64,000 nt of DNA, from contig NC_057718.1 of the NCBI RefSeq assembly GCF_004010195.1, forward strand, positions 75,736,275-75,800,274. Direction: 5' to 3'. Below, in pieces: positions 27,220-40,225 of this stretch (position 1 is its first letter; each line of letters begins with the position of its first letter). Source of the DNA: Chiloscyllium plagiosum (Eukaryota). The notes beneath the pieces are model-generated. The model made no database searches. It was not told where the DNA came from and saw nothing but the letters and a program-made list of their open reading frames with translations. A program made the translations under genes and the position numbers.

Positions 27220-30200
27220 GTGAGTCTTTTATTTTGAGATATTGCATTTTCCACAAGGGAAACTGTTACACCAAAGATCCAGATAAAAGGTGAGCAACTG
27301 ATTTCGACCATGAGAACCAGACCATACCAGCACAAGAATATACTAATACAACACTGTACTGGACTGTGCAATGCTAATACAGCACTATATGAGAAAATCA
27401 CAAGCCAATACAAATCATACCACTGTCACACCATTTTGGAATAGGGCCAGACTCATATAGGAAAATCCCAGCACAGGATTAAACCAAGCGAGGAGCATAC
27501 AAGCAGAGCACTAAACCACAGAAATCTAAATTAGCAGAAGACTATCAAATTAGTCCACAAACGTATCAGGAAGGTGCTACACCTGCAACAAATTAAATCA
27601 GCACAGGACCATACCCATATGGCACAAGACCAGTATTGAACGATTCCGTTACCTGGATATTTCAGTACTGTTCCTTGTGTAAAAGATCATGCTAGTCTAG
27701 GGCCATATCATACAAGACCACACTAGTACAGGACTGACCAACACAACACCTCACTGGTGCCGGTTCCTTCCAGTACTGGATGGTACCACACAGGACCTCA
27801 TCAAAACATAACCGCATAAGTAAAAAACTTTGCTTTATTGACCATTGGATGTGAACCTGGTACCTATCCCTAATTCCCTTGAGAAGGTGTGTGATGGCAT
27901 ATTGTCCACTTACCTGGATGAGTGACGCTCTATCAACACCCAAAAAGCTTGACTCCAAACTAACATTCCCGAAAAGCAGCGCATGAGTGCATAGCTGCTC
28001 CAAAGGTGGAACACATGCTGATCGTGGGATTGAGTCCTGGTTTTATGAAGTCACTGTCTCAGAAGCCTATGCAGCTAGTAAGAAAATTGGAAGGAATGCT
28101 GCACCCAGCAGAACAAACCAGCCTACTTGATTAACATCTCATTCACAACCTTAAACATTTCTCCATTTACAGTAGTGAGTAGCATCTGCAAGGTTTACTG
28201 CAGAAACCCACCAAGCCTTCTTCAACAGCAGCTTGTAAACCCACAACCTATACCAGCTCAAAGGACAATGACAGCAGATACATGGAAACACCACCATTTG
28301 TAAGTTGTCTTTTAAGCCACACGTCATTCTAATTTGAAAAGATATCATTGTTCCTTCACTGGGACCTGTCAATATCCGAAAATGCACTCCCTAAGAGTAT
28401 TGTGAGTTTACATATACCAGATGGATTGCAATGTTTCAAGAGGGTGCTACACTTCACCTCACAAAAGAGCAGCGTTCCAAAAGCTTTTGGTTTCAAATAA
28501 ACCTGTTGGACCATAACCTTTGTCATGTGACTTCTGACCTTGTCCACCCCAATCCAACACCAGCATCTCCACATCATATTCCATAAGGAATTGAATTAAA
28601 GGTTCAAGAAGCACACCCATGTCTTGCTCCCTCATACATCTGATGGTCATATGATATTTATTTATAACACAGTTGTACAATTGTGTTGAAATTTCTGAAA
28701 TTAGTCAATTTGGAATTGATGTCCCAATTCTTATAGCAGGCATTGCATTAGGGTGTCTGATGTAATGGAGCTTGAACTGCGTAGCATGAAGCATCATAAG
28801 ACAGCTCCTTGAGAATCTTGCAAGTGCATAAAGAAATATCTTTTGATGATAACACACTAATCACACACTGATGGAGAAGAAGACTTTGTGCTTAATGAGT
28901 ACCCTTGTTTGATCTGGAGATACGCAGACCATCATGTATGTGCAGTCAATGATGGTCAGGTTGCATAGGAAACCAGCGAGAAATGCAAAGTTAAGCACCC
29001 ACTCGATCTGACCAGTGTTGTTATAGGCAAAGTTCATATAATTTCTGGATTTGGTAAACAATCTATTAGCCAGTTGTCTCATGCATTAACAGGTGGCTGA
29101 GTGAGAGACCCACAATATGTCTCTGACCAGGTTGATAGCAATTCCATAGCCATTAACACTTGACCAATAGGTTCAGCAGGAAGCCTGTAGCCTTTCGGGA
29201 GTCTGCCAATACTTGTTACCATTAGATGTGAGAACCTAAGCCAACAGGTAAAGGCCTGTGCTTGTTGACCTTGTTTTATGGGCAGTGCTTCTTGCAGGGT
29301 ATACCTCACTGTCCCTTCCCTCTCTATTGTCAAGTTGCAGATCTCTAACAGCAGCTTGTTACTGATCCTGCAGGCAATAATTTTCTGAGGTCTAATCAAA
29401 GGTAGCCAGTGTATTGCTGTCATTCCCAATATTTGTCACCACTCGCCACAACAATGTTAGCTTTCTGAGAGGTCTAGAGAACCAACACTCTGCCATGCAA
29501 ATAGTGCCTTCAGAAAGTTAGATTTTTCAGCTGCACATTTTCTTGTTAACCTCCTACTGTTGCTGCTACTGATCATCATGTTATTTGCCTGTTCAGGTAC
29601 ATAGTTATTTGAAAATTGCATTACAGGTAGACAGGGTGGTTAAGACGGTGTTTAGCACACTTGGAGACATGTGGAATCAGAATTAGCTTTATTGTCACAT
29701 GTACTCACATGAGTACAGTGAAAAATGTACAAGTCACCACTCATTGTACCATCTTGGATACTAAGGTACCTAAGCACAGATAATTAAATTAGAAAAATTA
29801 GAAAAACAAAGAAATAAAAAGCTCCGCATTAGGTACAAAAATACAAAAACTCAGGAATAAATTAGAAAAAAAATTAAAAGTTCAAAATTCAATTCAAGCT
29901 TGGAGAACACAATGGGTATCTCTGAAAGTTTGAGAATTCAAGACTTCAGAAGAGCCCATTGTTTTATGCAGCAATGAATAATTCCGATTCACATAATAGC
30001 GTTTCAGGTTTGACCTGTACAAGACAAACTTAGCAGCAATTTCAAGAAGAATTCTGAGAAATGTCATTGGAGATAGGTTTCTCAACAGAGAGACCTAAGA
30101 AGGCAAACAAGCTGAAGAACTGCAGAATTACACTAAAGTATCAAAAGCTATAACCTGCAGTGCTATAAAATAAAATTAGAAAGGCCTACACTCTCTGCCA

Positions 30201-31006
30201 GAACTTGTTCAGCTCAGTCCACAGTGACCAAAACAGCTACACAAGCCATCACTGCAGCTAAATTTTAACCTCAGATTTTCAATCTTGGAATGAGAAAACA
30301 TCAAACAATGACAACAGAATGAATTTGATTTTATCTTTATAAGTAGCTTTTTTCTGTACCTACGTTTTGTCTCTAGTTTGAGGTGCTAAAGTAATTTCTT
30401 TTACTTTAATAACCTACAACTGTGGTATTATGATATTTAAATCCCTTTTGAGGTAAAGACTTAGACTTTGCTGCCTTTTTAAAATTGAAACACTTAAAAA
30501 AAACTGAAACTGAAGTGGTGTCTTAAGGCTTAACAAATTTGCAGTGCAGTTAATGATATGGAGTGGTGACGGTGAAGGAGAGAGGATTGGTTGTGTTGCT
30601 CAGTGGAATTAACCAGCTGTTAAGCCAGGTATTACATCTGACAATCTCCAGGCAAGTATCTAACTAAGTGCTGCATTTCTAGCCCATATGTCTGCCCTGA
30701 GTTCAGTACCAGAGACTTACACAAAAGGTTTCAGTCCATCAGAAAATGAATGTTTCTGAGCCGTTTCCACCTATGTACAAAAACATGACTTCTGAAGCAT
30801 CCTGAGGTGCATCTCCTGACATATCTTCCACCTTGACAATCCAGAAGATGTAGGCCAATATTTGTGATGTATTTGTATTATACCTATAAATGTGCAAAGC
30901 CTAATGTTTTCTTTAAGCTCCAAGATTTTGGACATGTCTGAAAAAGCAAAATATAGGAACAGTGCATGATTAAAATTATCTAATCTGAATATTCCTTTCA
31001 TTTCAG

Positions 31007-31653
31007 AATCTCGACGTCAATTTTTGACAGACCATCCATCTCCTCTTGACAGCTTAGGAGAAACAGCTGAAGAAAATGTTGCCACACCATTATTAACAAG
31101 TGACATCTCACAAGCCCAGATGTCAGCAACAGACAGTTTGACAGATCAAGAGCCCACTCCACTCAAATTTACAACACCAAAAACAACAACCACTCAACGT
31201 AGAAACTCATTAACAGGCTCTCCAGTTTCATCCCTGCCAGTAGCTGTTATGCTGCCAACCTCTGAACAGCTTCACTCTACAGGCAGGAGTCAGTTGGACG
31301 GTGAGACCAATATCTCTCCCAATGTGCTGCTCACAACTGCTGCTCCTCAGAATTCCAGTAATGAAACTACAGGTTTTGAAACAGGAGAAGAAGATATTAG
31401 AGATGAATTTATTATTGGGGATACAGAGACTGTAGGCAGCACAGACATACTGGATGGAGGTAAGCATAGTACTTCCTCCATCACATCTCCGCCTCCTCTG
31501 AAATATTTAACATCAAGCTCCTTGACGTCTGCTCCCTCTAAAGAACTGGTGGTGTTCTTCAGTTTACGAGTCACTAACATGTTGTTTTCTGAAGACCTTT
31601 TCAATAAGAGTTCCCCGGAATACAGGACACTGGAACAACAATTCCTTCAACTG
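31007..31653 (+). CDS. impg1: IMPG1-like exon: end of mucin region plus start of SEA2 ([38 protein letters not shown])
   Basis: tttcatttcag acceptor, CTG|gtaagt donor, phase 1 to 0. Hallmark IMPG SEA2 sequence. Confidence 0.96.
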
Positions 31654-33408
31654 GTAAGTGAATGGCTTTACAGTGTTTGGAATAATTTAGTCCTCCAGTA
31701 TTTGGTTCTCTATTCTCAGGAGGCAGGTGGACATATGTGTAAGAATCCTTTTAAGAATTATGAATTTGCAATAATACATAGACTAACAAGTTACCATTTG
31801 TGCAGCACTCCCAAAGTTTCATTCCATTTGGAGAATATATAACAAGTTGAAACATCACCATTTTGCACCATTGTCAAAAGTTAGATTTAGTTTCCCCACA
31901 TGTGTATCTAAAGTCAATTGCTTTTGATACTTCCACATTGACCCAATGTAAAATGGTTGTATCTACATACTGGTCTGGGAATATATATGGGCAATGGCAA
32001 CAATAGAAGCAGAGCAATGTCTACAGAGAATTTCACTTAGAAAAGTTCAATATGGTAGCCTAATCTCCCATACTCTGAAGTTCACTTGGATAACTTCCAA
32101 CCACTTTCCTCCTTTAGTGCCCTTTAAAACCAAATTCTTAATTTATTTTTTTAAAGAACTACAACTACTGCATGTGAATCCCTTTAGGCATTTCACTATT
32201 ATATACAATGTACAATGTTTACGCATATTTACACACCACAATATTCATGTAGTTTTACACTTGCAATTTCATTCAGTCAATTTCCGAAGTACAGTGCCCT
32301 CATCATACACACCTTCATCTAGTCATCTTCCATGAAATATCAGCACAGACTTTAATGATGGAAACAAATACAATATGCAATCGAGAGTATCAAGGTTAAT
32401 CGATAGTCCATCAGACCTCAGTATGCCTGGATAATATCCCAAGTCTATTGTTCTGTACATACTTCTACACAACTTGCAAACTGATTTAATAATTTGCATT
32501 ATAAACAGAAATGAAACTGGCAACTATGTAAGGAAGGTTGTTAGGTTTTCAAACATTAAGCATCAGTGATATGTTTCAGGATGAAAGATACCTGGCCAGC
32601 AAAATTTATTGTACAAAATGTGAAAAGTAAATTGACTAAATCTAGTCCATTGTGAGAAAGTTTTGAACCAATAAAGTCATTGTAAAAATGTTAACAAGGC
32701 TAATCAAGTGTATTGAAATGCAATTGAATATAAATTAATCAGATGAATTTAAGCTCCACAATCTGATTACTAATAAAGCCAAATGTGATATGCAAGTTGT
32801 AGTTAAAATAATAGCTAGATAACTGAATATTAAGATATCAGAATTATCTGGAGAAGCACAATGAGATGAACATATATGCAATGGAGAAAACAAAATGGGG
32901 AGGAGACATACACCTGGTATTAAAATAAAGTCAGGATGATCATAAATGTAACTAGGTCCAGGCTGTTCTAACACTCTCTGATGCAGCAACTATCTGTAGT
33001 CCAGCACCCATCAAACTTCCCTTTCTCCCTGTTATAATGTCTAGTGGCCTGCTCTGACCTTTATTCATACTACTTTTTAGTTAGACTTTATTCAGTTTCA
33101 GTACTGTCTTTTTATATCCAAAATCATTCATCTATTTGTTATGTGATTGATTAAAGTCAAGCTGAATTATTTTCTTTTGAAGTGTTTGTGCATTGAATAT
33201 ACATGATCTCCCATATGCCAGCAAATTCTGTGATCTGGCAAAAGCCTAATCCCGAGACTCCCAGATTAAGAAGGAACAAGATGTATTTTAATTTAAATTA
33301 TGATTTGCTACAGAAAGAAAACAAAATTACCAATGCTTGACATTGTTTTCATCAATGTGTTGCTGGAAAAGTGCAGCAGGTCAGGCAGCATCCAGGGAAC
33401 AGGAAATC

Positions 33409-33436
33409 GACGTTTCGGGCATAAGCCCTTCTTCAG
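33409..33436 (-). ncRNA. Minimal hammerhead ribozyme core
   Basis: Reverse complement is CTGAAGAAGGGCTTATGCCCGAAACGTC. Confidence 0.78.
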
Positions 33437-33491
33437 GAATGAGGAAGGTTTGTCCAGCAGGCTAAGATAAAAGGTAGGGAGGAGGGCTTTC

Positions 33492-33519
33492 CTGAAGAAG
33501 GGCTTATGCCCGAAACGTC
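33492..33519 (+). ncRNA. Minimal hammerhead ribozyme core
   Basis: CTGAAGA-A-GGGC-TTAT-GCCC-GAAAC-GTC. Confidence 0.78.
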
Positions 33520-34579
33520 GATTCTCCTATTCCCTGGATGCTGCCTGACCTGCTGCGCTTTTCCAGCAACACATTTTCAGCTCTAATCTCCAGCATCTGC
33601 AGACCTCACTTTCTCCTCATTGTTTTCATCAATCCATGGGCCATAGATGCCTCTGCCCTTAAAAGTATTGGTAGCAGAGACTGCAGCATTGTCCTTATGA
33701 GTCAAAGACTCTTCTCATTCTGAGGACTCCTTCCACTGTGTAGTGTGGCATTACAACAATACTAAATGGAACAAATGCAGAACAAATTGGGCATCTTGAA
33801 AATAAGCATCCTTGAGGCATTATGGGCCATCAGCAACTGTAGAATTTCACCACAATTTGTATGTTCTTGGCCAGAATAGTCCTCACTTTAACATTACTAC
33901 CAAACAAGGGAACATGCAGCACGAGGCATAACTAAAAGTAAGGTGCCACCTAGTGAAGATACAACACAGGGTTGTTTGCATGCTAGCTATTGGTACACCC
34001 AAGCAATTCCACAACTAATGGAACATATGGAAGCACTTCAATCCTTCCAACTAGAGACGGAGGCTCCAAAACATGTCCATCTTTGACAATGGAAGTGTCT
34101 TTAGCATAGCTGTGCTGGGAAAGGCTCACAACCGTGTTCAGTCAGCAGATGATCTATCATTAAGAAGACATCAGGATCACAATGTAAGTCTTTAACAAAT
34201 TTGATTCAGTCCATGTTATATCAAAAAATGACTGAACATTTTGGATATAGCAAAAGCTATGAGCCCTAACAACATCACAACTGTGGTGCACCAGAATTAT
34301 CTATAGCCATAACCAGATAGATCCAGTACAGAGACAGCTGTGACATCTATTTGACAGGGTGGGAAATTGATGCAGTATTTCTTGTCCACAGGAAACAGAA
34401 CATATTCAGTTACCATAATGTGATATCAGCCTACTTTTAGTCATTAGCAGAATGACAAGATGTGCTGTCAACAGTGCTGTCAAGTGGCACTTACTCAGCA
34501 ATAAATTACTCACTGATGCTCAGTTCAGGTTCTACTGGAACACTTGACTTCAGACTTCATTTCAGCCTTGATTCAATAA

Positions 34580-35345
34580 AGTAGAAGTTGTTGAAAAAGT
34601 TCAGCAGGTCTGGCAGCATCTGTGAAGAGAAATCAGAGTTAACATTTTGGTTCCAGTGATCCCTTCCTCAGAATTAATGGCAGCTAGGAAAATGGTGGTT
34701 TATATGCAGAAGGTAGGGTGGGGGGAGGGGTAAGGAATAAACAATAGGTGGGTATGGGGCCCAAAAGAGAGAGAAGAACAGTTGGACAGGCAAAAGAGTG
34801 AATAACAATCTGACTAAGAGAGTGAATAGCTGTTACTGGAGACTGTTAGTGGCTAACAATAGGCAGTATAATGGTAGACTCCATGATATCAAGGCCTGGT
34901 GTGTGGGGTTGGGGGCTAGGACATGGGACAGCTCATGCCCTAAAATTATTGAACTTGAATTAAGTCCAGAAGGCTGCAGGGTCCTCAAGCGGAAAATGAG
35001 GTATTGTTCTTCCAGCTTGTGCAGAGCCTTGCTGAAACACTGCAGCAAGCCTGAGAGATATGTCGGCCAAGGAACAGGGTGATGTATTAAAGTGGCAGGC
35101 AACTGGAAGCTCAGGGTCTTTTCTGCGAACAGAATGTAGATATTCTACTAAGCGGTCACCCAATCCATGCTTCAATTCCCCAATGTGGAGGAGACCACAT
35201 AGAGCAGGGAATGTAGTGGACTAGATTGTGTGAAGTGCACGTCAAGTGCTGCTTCACCTGGAAGGTATGTTTGGGGCTTTGGATACTGAGGAGGAAGGAG
35301 GATAATGGGCAGGTGTTACACCTTTGGCGATTGCAGGGGAGGGGC
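34580..35345 (-). mobile_element. Penelope-like GIY-YIG and 3' end remnant
   Basis: GLGDRLVEYLHSVRRKDPELPVACHFN; KLEEQYLIFRLRTLQPSGLN; decayed hammerhead near 34640-34672. Confidence 0.85.
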
Positions 35346-36100
35346 ATAAAATAGTATTTGACCGAACTTGTTGTCTGGAGTCCTTTATAAGATTAAAGTC
35401 AATGGAAAAAAAGAAAGATAGTTGTATGTTGGAGGCCAATTCAAAGATATATTGTAGGAATTCCTCAGGGTAGCATCCTAGACCTATCCATCTTCAGTTG
35501 CTTCATCCCAGAAAGAAAAGCCAGTAAAACACATTGGTCTGACAACATAGAGCTCCAGTATGTTTATTTCCAAATATTATTGTTCTTTTACTGGTTTTAC
35601 ACACAAATCATCCTTTGTGTAGCGAATTTGCCACTCATGTCTTTTTTAAATCTGTTTCCTCTCACCTTAAAAATATGCCCCCCTAGATCGAAACCCCCCA
35701 TCCTAGAGAAAAGACACCTACCATTAACCCTATCTATGATCCAGGATAACGCATACCACTTGATCAGCATCCCACCCAACAAGTTAAACATTTACTTGTT
35801 TGAATACCACCACATTATGGCTCTACTAACCAGCCAATCGTCAGAACTCCTTCTATCAGCACTTTTCAAATGAGTGACCTCTACAAATCTTTGGATGTCA
35901 AGGACAGCAGCCACATAAGAACCTCACTATCTGCAATTTTCCCTCCAAATCAAAATCAGGCTAACTTGGAACTTTATCATCATTTCTTCACTGCTGCTGA
36001 GTCAAAAAGCTGGAACAATCTCCCTAACAGCATTGTGGGTGCACCTGTACGAAATAGATTGCAGCAGTTCATAAACACAGTTCACCACAGACTTCTCTAG

Positions 36101-36385
36101 GGGCAGCACGTTGGCACAGTGATTAGAACTGCTACCTCACAGCACCAGGGCCGCGGTTGACTGTCTGTGTGGAGTTTGCACATTCTCCCCTTGTCTGCGT
36201 GGGTGTGGTCTGGATTCCTCCCACACTCCAAAGATATGCAGGTTAGATGAATTGGCCATGCTAAATTGCCCATAGTGTTAGGTGCATTAGTCAGAGGGAA
36301 ATGGGTCTGGGTGGGTACTGTTCCGACGGTTGGTGTGGGCTTGTTGGGCTAAATGGCCTGTTTTCATACTGTAGGGAAACTAATC
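36101..36385 (+). mobile_element. HE1-like SINE
   Basis: gggcagcacgttggcacagtgattag followed by the SINE body. Confidence 0.85.
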
Positions 36386-38199
36386 ATAACTAGTGAAGGG
36401 TAGTAAATAACATCCCAAAATGAGTAAATTAAGAAAAGCTTTTAAATTGAGTTATTTAAAACAGTAATGTGATTCAGTAGAAGATAAATCAAGCAAATAT
36501 TCCCTGTAGTGCAGAAATTTCAGAATTAAGGGGTATAATCTGAAAACCAGAACTTGGCCATTCAGGGGTGAAATCAGGAAGCACTTCTTTACACAAAGAT
36601 CAATCAAAAGCAAGAGCCCTCACACCAATAAGACTAAATGTTTAATCAATTTTAAAAACTTAGAATATTGAGATGGATAGATTTTGTTGGTGAAAGGCAT
36701 CAAAGAATTTGAAGAAATGGGTAAGTGAGTTTGAAAACTGCAATGTTCTGATTGACAGAACAGACTCAAGGGCTGAATGACCTTTGCCTGTTCTTACTGA
36801 AGATTGTATACTGAGGAAGGAACACACAACTTATATTTATGATTATTCACGTTCCTCAGTAGATTTAATAGATTGGGAGATTAGGTGTCAGCACCTTGGA
36901 AGGAACTGCCACAAGTGTGCAAATTGTTTGGTATGCAAATCCAGCTGCAAGCACATTTATCACAAGGATTTTTCTTATTTAATCAAGTCTATTACTATGC
37001 AGACTAATTATTTGTGCCTATCCAAAATTTCAAGCAATTGTATGTAACATATTTCCACTTAGACAACGGCAATACAGTTATCCTATAAATTGTAAGATGA
37101 CTTGATCTATAAGAGGATATTAACTTCACATTGACAGATATCCTACGTTTGAGTCTTGAGACTGTCAGCTGTATTTGATATATTTGGCTTCTAACTAATA
37201 ATGCATACCCACTGGGGAAGATTGGTATTGTGCATTCAAATCTCTCACAACAAATGTGGAATAGTGGAGGACAATTTAGACAGAAACCAGTCAAGAATGG
37301 AAAGTAAGTGTGGGATCACTTAAAATAAAGGCAGCAACTGTAGTCTTATGACCTTACTACCATAATCTGATATTGACCTGTCTTTTGAACAGGCAAACAG
37401 TTTGGTCTGGGACACATACACACACACACAGACACACGCACAGTCTTTTGGGATAGCAATATTAGTAAAAGGTTTAAGCAGGAAAGCAAGGACAGTTTCT
37501 TCATTAAGTTACACATGACAGTGTTTGACATGACAGGTGAATCTGCCAATTTCAAAAAAGACTGAGGCAAGTAAAGATTTACAAGTTTTAGTTTAGATTT
37601 CCATACAGACCAAAAGTTCTTCCTGATTACATAATGAGGCTCCCTTTGTGCACAACTGTCCCTCTTTTCCCAAAGATAAGCATTCCCTCCATTACTTTGC
37701 TGATTGTCAGAGGTTCCTGCTGGTCCTTAGCTGGAGAATCGTGCTCTCCAAATTCTTGCTTTCCTCACTAATCAAATAAACTGAGTTGAAATTTCAGGTC
37801 CCACTGGACAGGTTCTGATTTTGGAGGTAGAACACAGACTACAAGCACTATGAGGGATACACCAGTGAATGGATTTGGTCAAATGCAGTGAGCCCTAAGG
37901 AATAAGCTGTGCCCATGTAAGTGAGTGGTGTAGAGTGAGACTTTACCATTGGCATAGTACGGGTTGTGAGGAGAGTGGGCAAATGTAATGGACAATCCAA
38001 GTGATCCTCACCTCACTGCATGGGCATAGAAGTAGGTTGTCACTGACAACAAGAAATCATGTTTCAGATTTTGGGTCTAGTCATGTTGAGGAGCAACACT
38101 TCTGCAGGAAGGGCTGACCTCTTTCAACAGGAGGGCCCAGGAGAGAAACACACAGGATAGAATATAATGATATCATCAGTATAGTCTGTCCTGGAAAAT

Positions 38200-39180
38200 G
38201 TGGTGCTATACCTGGTGATAATTGAGAACTAGTGATGGAGGAGACGGCAATTCTCCAGGGAAATGCTCTCTGAGATTTCTGATCTCATCACCAAAGACCT
38301 CACATCTCACAACACAGCACAACCCTGCCAGTAGCATCAAAACATTGCAGTCTTGAACATTTTTGCTTCTGATTTTCTACAAGATCAGCTCTAGACTTTG
38401 GTTGCATCTTACAAATGCATGCAAACCACTGTATCTCATTGGTCATTGACATCCTACTTGCCAGAATTGGACCACGCATTCATTTCCAGATACTCAGTGC
38501 CTTGCTGGCTCTAAAAGCAGGGGGTTCCACTTCCAACGTTGCACTTGCGGGGAATACAGAGAATCATTTCTTTAATCTATGCAACTATTAATATCTCCAC
38601 AGGAAGGCCTTCCATTCCCTCAATGTCCAATAAGTCCATGATCACAACAAGAGCTTCCAACATGTATGCACTCATTTTCTGGCAGCTAACATTATTGTCT
38701 TATCAGTCTATGCTGGTACAGCTCTTCACTTCAAGCCGCAACTTCTGCTAGTGGTTCTGAGGGGATAAGGGAAACTCCTTGAAGAGATGCCTACTCATTC
38801 CATTACAAGAGGCAAAGTTACATGAATAGAGGTAATGCAATCAAAGCCATTTACTCACTTGGAGCAGTACTGAACTGGCCATCTGTTTTCTGAAGGTATG
38901 GTTCATATGCTTGGCTGGTTAGGTGGCACACTGCAACTTTCTCCTGTAAGATTCTCACCCATTGTGATGCTCTGCTGCACTCTCCATAACATGATCCTGC
39001 AGAATGTTGCAGCGTGCATAAAAGGTACAACCCTGCAAGGACACAACTCATTGGAGAAAGAGGAGCAGGACATGGAGGAGGAGGAGGCAGTGATAGATAA
39101 CTACGCAGGGTGGTGGCCAGGCCTGCCCTGAGGCTTGAAACCCTGATCAGGATGCCGTCAACATCAGAAATCATCTGATT
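38200..39180 (+). mobile_element. PIF/Harbinger (HARBI1-like) transposase remnant
   Basis: Broken motifs AVLNIFASDFLQ, GDKGNSLKRCLLIP (consensus LGDKGYPL..WLMTP), MLCCTLHN plus acidic tail. Confidence 0.7.
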
Positions 39181-39769
39181 CAAGCCACTGAGCTCCTGTA
39201 ACCCAGGATGAGCAGCATTGACTGCAACTCTCTCTGAGCCAAAAAGGATGGTGCCAACACTACCATTGCAAATACAAACTGGCACACATAAAGTGTCACC
39301 ACAAACCAAGGGTGCACAACCGCCCAGATGTTTCACTGTCACCTTTGATGTACACCTCCTCTCCTTCACCACTTTATGCATTTGTTCTTATTCCACCATT
39401 AAGAAAGGGAGTTTCACCTGTATTCCAATCCATTTGCGAAAGTGCTCTGATTCTCAAGCCCACTGTTCCTGGGTTTGCCACAGCATTTAATTATTTAATC
39501 AAGGCACGAAAATCGCTAATTAATCTGTCTGTTGGAATCAAGTTAACAGGAAATAGTGAGCAGCTTGCTGTACTTAACACAAACTATTCTTTATTATAAA
39601 TAGGTAAATTCTAATCATGACTAAATAGCTAGGAACTATCAAGATACTAGTTAAAACTTTAACCTCCTATTTAAAAGCCACTGCATGCTCATAGATATAG
39701 ATAGACACAAATGAGTAAAAACATTGATTTATTGGGTGGAGGGTATTCAAAAGCACAGTCCACAGAGCT

Positions 39770-40225
39770 AGAACATAGAACATAGAACAGTGCAATAACT
39801 GGCCATTCGGCCATGGTGTTGTGCCGGACATAACACCAAATTAAACTAATCATTTCTGCCTGCACTTAGCCAAAATTCCTCCATTCCTTGTATATTCTTG
39901 CGCATACCTAAAAGCAGCTTAAATGCCCCTAACATATCTGCCTCCACCACCACCACACTAGCAGCATATTCCAGACATCTGCCACTCTCTGTGTAAAAAG
40001 ACTTGCCCCTCACATCTCCTTTGAACTTGCCCCGTCTCACCATAAATGTATGCTCCCTAATATTAGACACTTCAACTCTGGGAAAAAGATTCTGATCATC
40101 AACCCTATCTATGCATCTCATAATTTTATAAACTTCTATCAAGCCTCTCCTCAACCTCTGCCATTCCAAAGAAAACAACTTTAATTTTTCTAGCCTCTCC
40201 TTAAAGCTCATACTCTCTAATCCAA
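39770..40225 (-). mobile_element. CR1 LINE 3' end
   Basis: ERLEKLKLFSLEWQRLRRGLIEVYKIMR; (TTCTATG)n tail. Confidence 0.88.

Larger units (their letters stand above)
33357..33617 (+). mobile_element. Young Penelope-derived fold-back mini-element with intact hammerhead cores on both strands
   Basis: 16-bp direct repeat CATTGTTTTCATCAAT at 33341-33356 and 33618-33633; cores at 33409-33436 (-) and 33492-33519 (+). Confidence 0.9.

Noticed and set aside
26222..27256. Antisense ORFs over the mucin exon (also 31228-31604)
   Set aside because: Shadows of the sense coding frame and its biased composition.
33357..33617. Fold-back elements as MITEs or pre-miRNAs
   Set aside because: The arms match Penelope 3' ends, are asymmetric and have 15-16 bp TSDs, which fits retrotransposition rather than cut-and-paste TIR elements; no miRNA evidence.
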